A stretch of DNA of 17,497 nucleotides from Ginkgo biloba. Lineage: Eukaryota > Plantae > Ginkgophyta. The notes under the pieces are model-generated. The model worked only from the letters and a program-made list of their open reading frames with translations. It ran no database searches and had not been told where the DNA came from. Location of the stretch: NCBI GenBank assembly GCA_024626585.2, contig JANKJI020000002.1:106928841-106946337 (forward strand). The letters are read 5' to 3'. The translations under genes and the position numbers were made by a program. Positions 9,331 to 17,497 of this stretch are shown piece after piece; positions within the stretch are counted from its first letter, which is position 1, and the number at the start of each line of letters is the position of its first letter.

Positions 9331-11236
9331 NNNNNNNNNNNNNNNNNNNNNNNNNNNNNNNNNNNNNNNNNNNNNNNNNNNNNNNNNNNNNNNNNNNNNN
9401 NNNNNNNNNNNNNNNNNNNNNNNNNNNNNNNNNNNNNNNNNNNNNNNNNNNNNNNNNNNNNNNNNNNNNNNNNNNNNNNNNNNNNNNNNNNNNNNNNNNN
9501 NNNNNNNNNNNNNNNNNNNNNNNNNNNNNNNNNNNNNNNNNNNNNNNNNNNNNNNNNNNNNNNNNNNNNNNNNNNNNNNNNNNNNNNNNNNNNNNNNNNN
9601 NNNNNNNNNNNNNNNNNNNNNNNNNNNNNNNNNNNNNNNNNNNNNNNNNNNNNNNNNNNNNNNNNNNNNNNNNNNNNNNNNNNNNNNNNNNNNNNNNNNN
9701 NNNNNNNNNNNNNNNNNNNNNNNNNNNNNNNNNNNNNNNNNNNNNNNNNNNNNNNNNNNNNNNNNNNNNNNNNNNNNNNNNNNNNNNNNNNNNNNNNNNN
9801 NNNNNNNNNNNNNNNNNNNNNNNNNNNNNNNNNNNNNNNNNNNNNNNNNNNNNNNNNNNNNNNNNNNNNNNNNNNNNNNNNNNNNNNNNNNNNNNNNNNN
9901 NNNNNNNNNNNNNNNNNNNNNNNNNNNNNNNNNNNNNNNNNNNNNNNNNNNNNNNNNNNNNNNNNNNNNNNNNNNNNNNNNNNNNTATGCCCACAACAAC
10001 AATCCATAAAGTCGGTCATCATCAAGGTAAACCTCTGAGCACCAACTCAACCCTCATCGGGTATTTTCAACCCATTGTCAATTAGCCCCTAAAGAATGCA
10101 CACTTAGGGCTAAACAATAATCCAATAGACATGTCCAAAGTAGGACACAACAATCCCCCAACAAGTTTCCGACTATTGCCATGTTGCCCTAGACTTATAT
10201 CTAAGGTTTGTATGGTCTAGGTAGGGAAAAGTTTCTTCATATATGCATGTGTCAAATTCATTTATCTCATAGCATAAGAGCATGAATTACTCATAAATGT
10301 AGCATTTAGATTCCTTAGATGGTGCTTCCCTACTTTGTATGAATGTGTTTCCCTAATTTATGGTTTTGAACAATTTATGATAATCTATTTGAACAAATAA
10401 TAGAATTCTAGCTCATATTGTTTATATTAATTTATGCAAATTGAAAACAAAAGTTTACTATAATTTATCTAAAAACTACAGAAATGTTATGATTTACACA
10501 AAGCTTATAGAATTTCCAACTTAACTAGATCAAAAGTTCTAGTTGATGATGTATAGAACCTTGGTGGACCACAATGTCTCACTCTACCATCCAGGATGGA
10601 AGTGCCTTACTCAAAAACTCTAAACTAGGTTCTTTGGTGCTCATACATGTAGCCCTCCTAAAATACCTGTGTCACCTTTAGGGTCTTCTATAGCCTTTGG
10701 AAATCACCTTCATCTGAAAGAAAGCTGTACAACAAAACATTGTCCTCCATGACTACATTTGAGTGCTCAGGTGTAGAAAATACCCTAGAAACATGCCACT
10801 TTTTAGGTGTAGAACTTATCCAACAAGGTACAAATTTGTATAGAAAAGGATAGTCCTCCACCGTATAGCTAGACATTAGTCTAGAATGCAAAACCTAATA
10901 GTAAGGATCAAGGCACCCTAGCCTTGTAGTTTAAAAGATGATGACTGAGTTGCTCAACTACTCAACAAACTCTATATATGAGAGACAATGAACACAACCT
11001 CCCACATAAGAGCTAGACTTGACCTTGGCGATGCCCTAATCCTAAGAACCCTTCTATAGTGCTCAAAAAACACTTGTCATTATCTAGTGTTATCGGGTGT
11101 GTGCCCCTGTCTGACAAGGGACCCGCACTAGGGATGTAGGTACCGATACTTGCGGTACCCAAGACGATGAGGCCGTACCTAGGTATCGTCTCCTCATTCT
11201 CACAGGAAAAGGCAGGCATCCCCAATCGGACCCGCC

Positions 11237-11289
11237 AAAAAAAANNNNNNNNNNNNNNNNNAAAAAAAAAAAAAAAAAGCTTTTTTTTT
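11237..11289. repeat. Poly(A) tract (partly gapped) followed by GC and T9
   Basis: A8-N17-A17-GC-T9 seen directly. Confidence 0.9.
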
Positions 11290-11594
11290 CCATTGTTAGT
11301 GATTGCCAAGCCCCACCAAAGAAGCTAAAACAAACTCTAGCACTTTAACTTAAAACCCTAAAACGAAAACTCAAAATCATTTTACTCATTTCAAAAAAAC
11401 AGTAAGCAAGGAAAATACATAGCCAACTAATAATTTGCAAACAACAGGGTTTTGTTGGCTAATAGAGCAATGATTTTGCCAATAGAGAGGCGNNNNNNNN
11501 NNNNNNNNNNNNNNNNNNNNNNNNNNNNNNNNNNNNNNNNNNNNNNNNNNNNNNNNNNNNNNNNNNNNNNNNNNNNNNNNNNNNNNNNNNNNTG

Positions 11595-11863
11595 TTGAAG
11601 TAGAAGCTTACCCAAGAAATGATCTTGACTCTACTAGATGTGACCAACCATTCACTATTTATACCAATGCCAACTGTATTGCTATTGGAGTAGTTCTCAC
11701 TCAAAATGGTAAGGTTGTGGCTTATAAAAGTAGAAAAATGAATGAGACAACTCAAAGGTATTTTATTTATGATCAATAACTTCTTGCAATAATTCATGCA
11801 ATTAAAATTTGGAAGCATTACTTGAAAAATAATAATTTTGAAGTTGTGACTAATCATAGACCT
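11595..11863 (+). pseudogene. Degenerate Ty3/gypsy RNase H fragment (chromovirus-like)
   Basis: + strand: LK*KLTQEMILTLLDV / QPFTIYTNANCIAIGVVLTQNGKVVAYKSRKMNETTQRYFIYDQ*LLAIIHAIKIWKHYLKNNNFEVVTNHRP. This matches the pattern PF.V.TDAS..AIG.VL.Q.G..VAY.SR.L...E..Y..YD.ELLA..HA.K.W.HYL....F.V.TDH. ORF 11459..11857 is its antisense shadow. Confidence 0.92.
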
Positions 11864-12007
11864 TGTCCCTAATAGTCTGGTCTTTTAATCTTATATGTAC
11901 TTTTACTTATTGTTACATAAATGAATATTTCTTTCTGCTTTATACTCTAATGATTATGTACTCTTATGATCTTTTAACATATAAGTTTAAGAGGCATGAC
12001 TCTTACA

Positions 12008-13250
12008 AGCGGATTTGATAAGCCACCACCTTGCCATCTTGAGTCAACTCAGCTCCAATAGTTGTTTTATTTGCGTCGATGAAGATGGTAGAAGATCTTG
12101 CAACATCCGGTAATGTCGATATTGATGCCTTGGTCCACTTCTACTCCAAAATTTCAAAATTGACTTGGCACTTATCTCCTCATTTAAATCTCTTGGATTT
12201 CTTGAACAATTCAATCAAAGGAGTTGCTATCTTTGAAAGATTCAACATAAATCCTTTGTAAAACTAGCAAATCCAAAGTAGCTCCTTACTTCATGCACAC
12301 TTATTGGAGTTTTGCATTGTCGACCCCGCTTTATCTTCATAGGATTCATAGATATGCCCTCTACCGAGGCAATGTGACCTAAATATTATACCTTCTCTTG
12401 GTGGAAGTCACACTTGGATAACTTGGCATACAANNNNNNNNNNNNNNTTCTCCCTTCTTAAGACATCCAAATCCAATGGAAGATGCTCTTCATGCTCCTT
12501 ACTCTTACTGAGGATCATGATATCCTCTAAAAGTATTGCCACAAATTTTGCCAAACAATGTTTGAGGATATTATTAATCACTCTCATAAATGTGGCTGGA
12601 GCATTAGTCAATCGAAAGGGTATGACCAAATATTCATAATGGCCATCCCTTGTGGTAAAAGTTGTCTTATCCACATTCTTCGGGTATATGCGAATTTGGT
12701 CATAGCTACTCCTCAAATAGATCTTTAAAGANNNNNNNNNNNNNNNNNNNNNNNNNNNNNNNNNNNNNNNNNNNNNNNNNNNNNNNNNNNNNNNNNNNNN
12801 TTTGTTCAAACCTCGATAATCCACACACATACGTATGGATCCACCTTTCTTCTTCACAATTTGAACTGATGCACCATAATGAGATTTGGAAGGTCGAATA
12901 AAAGCATAATCCAATAGTTTCTATATTTGTTTCTCCATCACTTCCTTTTTGTCATGGCTCAACTTAAAAGGCTAGTTGTAAAAGTTATGGATCCTTCCTC
13001 CAATTCAATCTAGTCGTCCACTTCCTAATCTATGGGCAACTGCTTTGGAATCTCATAAAGAAAAACATCCTTGTACTTTGCCAATAGTGGTTCCATCTCT
13101 TCTAGAATCTCCCTAATGTTATTTTCTTCTTCTGGTACCTCCTTCCCAAATAAGCCAAATATATGGCTATTTGATTTCCTAGCCATGCTCTTAAGTTGTG
13201 TTGACATCAGTTTGGTACTTTAAGGAAATAAGGACAACATGGTCAATGGA
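12008..13250 (-). pseudogene. Degenerate Ty3/gypsy (chromovirus-like) pol: complete RT region and N-terminal half of RNase H
   Basis: Combines ORFs 13025..13207 and 12408..12914 with manual translation: LLAKYKDVF.EIPKQLP..IELEEG ... [34 protein letters not shown] ... KTTFTTRDGHYEYLVIPFRLTNAPATF ... AILLEDIMILS (decayed YxDD site) ... LYAKLSKCDF..YLGH ... EVRSYFGFASF ... IATPLIELFKK ... LPDV...IFIDANKTTIGAELTQDGKVVAY. Multiple stops and frameshifts. The upstream boundary is approximate. Confidence 0.96.
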
Positions 13251-13584
13251 ATACCACTATGTTCTAACAACAATGGTGCTTCTCTAACCAACATATCTGT
13301 GTTAGAGTGGTTGGGACCATTAATACAATGAATGAAGTTATAAGATATACATAGTCAATGTGTGATCAACAATTTAGTAAAACAATCATGAAATTATGTA
13401 ACTAACTCTCATGCATATATGAATTACTATCACATGCCATGAAACTAAATACTTATTGATTTACTACTGAAAAGTAATAAAATAGAGTATATTTTGCTAA
13501 AATAAATACTGTATTCAATTATTGATGAATGGATTCGCCTAACTTGGGTTTGCAATAAATACATGTTCAAAAGGTTCTAAACCT

Positions 13585-13645
13585 AAAGGGAGGTGATGTT
13601 ACAATATGAAGGGGTACACCCCATAATTATGGTCACTTGGTACTA
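13585..13645 (+). mobile_element. Putative PPT (AAAGGGAGGTGA) and start of a 3' LTR (TGTTACA..., 13597)
   Basis: A purine tract directly abuts TGTTA. Truncated by the gap at 13646. Confidence 0.4.
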
Positions 13646-14227
13646 NNNNNNNNNNNNNNNNNNNNNNNNNNNNNNNNNNNNNNNNNNNNNNNNNNNNNNN
13701 NNNNNNNNNNNNNNNNNNNNNNNNNNNNNNNNTGAACGATAACTGAACTTGACAAACAATTAAATAAATGGGTGAATGCCTTCATAAAATCAACAGATGA
13801 CTACTACTATGCGCCAAATTATTTTTTTTCTTTGATGAATGGGCGTTATTACTATAGTGAATATACATAACAATAGGTTGGTATGTTTTCCCTATCAATA
13901 GTGAATCAAAACCCTCTAAATATGGAAAACAAGATTCTAGTTGCACCTTAACAAGAACTAGATTTCTTAAAGGTTAGTTTGTAATAGATGCCTAGGATAG
14001 TTAAATTAGTACCTGTTGAGATAGTTTAGCTCTAGTTGGTTGAGAAGGCATAGCTTGATTTTGTTACAATGGTATATTTTTATATTGTGGTATATACATT
14101 GGTTGTTGAAAGGGATTGTACATAAACNNNNNNNNNNNNNNNNNNNNNNNNNNNNNNNNNNNNNNNNNNNNNNNNNNNNNNNNNNNNNNNNNNNNNNNNN
14201 NNNNNNNNNNNNNNNNNNNNNNNNNNN

Positions 14228-14548
14228 ATTCAGTAGTATGCAAAAAATAACAATAGTAGAAAATGACTTTTATAGTTAAATCCTTCTAGTCAAAATGCTA
14301 AAAATAATAGAGAGAGAGAGAGAGCCTATCTCACAGAGATAGAATGATTTCCTTGTGGGTTTCTTAAGCCCAAATAATCCTCTATTTATGCCAAAAGTTG
14401 GGGACAACCCCCCACATGAGGTCTAACCCTAATTTTGGGATTGCCCTATACCCTAAGAATCCCTTTGTGACATGCAAGTGTCACAAATTACTCCTTGAAA
14501 GGAGTTGCCCTCTATTGGGGCAACCTTGAGGCTTTAGTCCTCATAATA
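14228..14548 (-). mobile_element. Probable LTR fragment rich in short hairpins
   Basis: On the minus strand it starts TATTATGAGG (decayed TGTTA) at 14548, where family A homology stops. A TATA-like CATAAATAGAGG lies near 14379-14390, followed by a (CT)n tract, in the usual U3-TATA-R order. Confidence 0.45.
14309..14324. repeat. (AG)8 microsatellite
   Basis: AGAGAGAGAGAGAGAG seen directly. Confidence 0.95.
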
Positions 14549-14666
14549 TTCCCTCTCTTCATAACTTTCTATGGAGCACTAATTAATCACTGCAAAATGC
14601 ATGTATTAGCCTCTAGAGACAACTTCGTCTAAGATAAGATTTACTTGGCTTTCCTGGGCTATAACA
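14549..14666 (-). mobile_element. LTR terminal fragment, family A copy 2
   Basis: The minus strand starts TGTTATAGCCCAGGAAAGCC and contains TCTCTAGAGGCTAATACATGCATTTTGCA, homologous to 4149-4280 (+). Confidence 0.55.
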
Positions 14667-14949
14667 CTGCAACACGACCTCACCTTAAATATCTGCCAAA
14701 TAAGAGTTTAGACATCCTATCCATTGTTTATATCTTATGAAAGTGACATTAATGCCATCATCTATTAGAGATTGTCTTGTGTTTAGAGAGTTCACTCTAT
14801 GACTTTTGTTGAAGTTCATTTGTAATGGGCATTAAATGCACATTGCCTTATTATTATTGCCCCCAAATTTTGGATTCTATCTCTAATATATATTTTTCCC
14901 TCATGCATGTACCCTATCAAGGTTTTGCTTTGTCATATGAGCACTTTGC

Positions 14950-15270
14950 ATTGCTATAGGTTCCTTCAACTTGTTTGTGGTTGCTATAAAGGGTTTGCCC
15001 TCGTAAATATTACCCGTTAAGGGGTTCAACTTGCTTTATTCTTCCTCCTTAAGAATTCGACCTGCTTTACTCAACCTTGAACAAGGTTGCATCTAAAACT
15101 TTTTGCTTGTATAGGAGTTCATCATGAGACTTTTGTCCTGTATAGGGGTTCAATCTACAACTGAAATCATTGAAATTATTGTTCTATCACTACAATTCAT
15201 AGAAGTTGCTTTGCCATATTAGCCTATCGAAGTTGTTGTTCTGCCATGTTAGCTTATCAAAGTTATTGTT
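14950..15270. repeat. Degenerate short tandem duplications, possibly the 3' non-coding region of a Tat/Ogre-like element
   Basis: Pairs seen: TTCAACTTGCTTTATTC / TTCGACCTGCTTTACTC; ACTTTTTGCTTGTATAGGAGTTCA / ACTTTTGTCCTGTATAGGGGTTCA; TGCCATATTAGCCTATCGAAGTTGTTGTT / TGCCATGTTAGCTTATCAAAGTTATTGTT. A PPT-like AAAATTTGGGGGCAA lies on the minus strand at ~14857-14871. The lineage assignment is inference. Confidence 0.55.
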
Positions 15271-15770
15271 GTTACTATTTCTAAATTGTGGGGTCATCCT
15301 CTATGTAAGGATTTATCCTATCATTCTAAGGCCTAAAAGTGGTTTGACTTACCTAGAAGGGAGGGGGTCATTTAGAATGAGAAAAAAAAAATAGCGGGCT
15401 TGGGAAAGTATTTATAGCCTTTTGTTGGATGTTGTTTCTACCCTTGTTTATTATGTTATTTTTATGCTCAAATATACCCTTGCGAGGTAAGAAACAAGGA
15501 TGTCTATCTGATTTGCTTTGTTTTGGTACTTTCTATTAGGTTGCTTGTGTTTATGATAGGGCATCATCTGTCACTTTCTGACCATTAGCACTTCAGTGTC
15601 AAGTTGAAGGTTATGATAAAGTTATGGCTACTTGGATTATTGATTTTTGGGTTAGCTATCTATATGACTAAACACATTCCCCAAACCCAACTCTATATGG
15701 TTCATGAAGGTCATGGGCATGGACATTGAAAGTAAGGCTTTTTTATAGCATTACCAAAAGTACCCAATCT

Positions 15771-16042
15771 AGGTGAGGGGTGTTATGTAGGGTTGATGAA
15801 CAAGTGCTAACATGAACTATGAGTTGTCAAATGAGCCTCAATATCAATCATGGGTTGACTTATGAGTCCCAAGGTGGAGTCCTAGGTTGACAATTAACCC
15901 AGGACTCCACCTTGACAGAAAGATCAAGTCTCCTAGCCTCATGATCATTGACCAATGTGAGTGCAGAAGTTGGATTTGAAGATCCTACCTTGGAGGAGGA
16001 GGTCATGATGTAGGTTTTTTGGTCCTTTCGCAACTTGTATGT
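15771..16042 (+). mobile_element. Putative PPT (AGGTGAGGGG) and 3' LTR start (TGTTATGTAGG, 15781)
   Basis: A purine tract directly abuts TGTTA. The segment runs to the gap at 16043 and contains a strong hairpin. Confidence 0.45.
15870..15914. repeat. 21-bp inverted repeat (hairpin)
   Basis: CAAGGTGGAGTCCTAGGTTGA-caa-TTAACCCAGGACTCCACCTTG gives 19 Watson-Crick pairs, one G-T pair and one A-C mismatch. Confidence 0.9.
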
Positions 16043-17497
16043 NNNNNNNNNNNNNNNNNNNNNNNNNNNNNNNNNNNNNNNNNNNNNNNNNNNNNNNNNN
16101 NNNNNNNNNNNNNNNNNNNNNNNNNNNNNNNNNNNNNNNNNNTTGGTTTTCTCTCATTAGGGTTTTGCACTTGCTGAGCACTTTGTTTGCCTCTTTGTAT
16201 CTCTCTCACCCAACCAGTTCAAATCTTATTAAATTAGGTGTTTATTGATGTGATCCCACATCACACCCTACTTTGAATAAGTCGTTCATGCATAATTAGG
16301 GTTTCAAGCTATTTATGTTGATTTACCTAAATAGAAAAAAAATTCTAGATGATATTGTTTATAGTAATTTATCTACATACTATTTATATTAATTTACAAT
16401 CTAGAAATTCTGCAAAATAATTAGGTTTTCCAAATTCTTAGAAAATTGGGGGAGTCACTCAAATGAAATGCTTTGATTGAAGGTGCAGAAAAGATCTATC
16501 AATGAAAGCGCCCTACTTCCAAGCTTGTTAGTGTGACGCTCTTATCAATAGCCATGCAACCCTAATAAAATCTTTGCATCACCTTCCTCAACCTAGTAAA
16601 GCTCTAGATGATGAAAATAGTCTGGATAAACATCACCCTCAAAGCTACTATCCAACTACTTAGATGCAAGTATTAGAATAGATGAGACTTGACCTTCTTA
16701 TCCCCAAAATGTCCTAGCAATACATAAATCATACGTGAGATGTTACCTTCTTAACCCAAAAATGAATTAGGAATCTAGAAAATAAAAACTTAGATGAAAG
16801 AGTCCAAGTATGTAGACAAAAATCTGAAGATGAATGAGAAAAGGCTAACATTGAAACCCAGAAGATCAAAATTAAAGTTAGAAGATTATTGCTAAAAAAG
16901 TTCTTCTCTAGAGTTGTTTTCCATGTGTCATTGCTCTATTAGAGGTGCCTTACATTGGATTAATCCTAGGGCCTTACTTTGCTTGCCTTCTCTTTCCTCA
17001 ATACCTCTCTAAGTAGTGCAATCTTAAGTTGTAATACATGTGTGTTGGCTTAATTACTTAACTTGCTTTCTTTTCCTCTTTTCAAGGTGAAATTAGCTAG
17101 GATTTANNNNNNNNNNNNNNNNNNNNNNNNNNNNNNNNNNNAAAGAGGATGAAGATGATGATGCTTACTCCCTATCCATAAGTTGTAGGTTGTCCCTATG
17201 AGTATTTTATTGTTTGTTTATATGTTGTTTTGCTTCCCTTGGGATTGTTTTATATAGGAAGTGGTATCCATCTAATGGACGTGGGAACTTAGTGGTTGTG
17301 TTTTAACCCCACCCTACTTTTATTGTAAATTTTCTACTATGTATTTAATAAAAACATATTTTCAATAAAGAAAAAGCTATTCATACTCTCAAGTACCTTC
17401 ATTTAAGTCTCCTTCGAGTGAATAATATCAACAAATAGTACAATTATATGGAAATTACAAAATAAATAGTTATTTCCATCATTTTATTAATTTCAAC

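Noticed and set aside
9178-10050. Long ORFs of 230-290 aa in the ORF track
   Set aside because: They are almost entirely the 655-N gap (9331-9985). The other X-containing ORFs are also artefacts, except 12408..12914.
11270-11289. A9-GC-T9 palindrome centred on a HindIII site (terminator or ligation artefact)
   Set aside because: Low-complexity sequence beside a gap. It is not a Hi-C junction (AAGCTAGCTT) and lacks the GC-rich stem of an intrinsic terminator.

Overview
AT-rich, CpG-depleted eukaryotic DNA, almost certainly intergenic or heterochromatic sequence from a land-plant nuclear genome. It comes from a very fragmented scaffold with 15 N-gaps, eight of them exactly 100 N, so contiguity across those gaps is not guaranteed. 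I find no intact host gene. The window is mostly decayed, nested LTR-retrotransposon remains. There are four Ty3/gypsy pol pseudogene fragments: RNase H at ~3050-3545 (+), Athila/Tat-like protease-RT at 5169-5944 (-), RNase H at 11595-11863 (+), and chromovirus-like RT-RNase H at 12008-13250 (-). Several LTR fragments, PBS and PPT sites are also present. The most distinctive signal is two copies of a short (~175 bp) LTR carrying a 5S rRNA-derived Pol III internal-promoter segment (7040-7214 and ~8718-8892, both minus strand). One is followed by a tRNA-iMet PBS and the other is preceded by a PPT, which is the architecture of a Cassandra-like TRIM. That element class is known, although this may be an undescribed compact family. 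Most ORFs in the supplied track are spurious, being N-spanning or antisense to decayed TE sequence. I cannot support a claim of a wholly new biological system. All alignments were done by eye.
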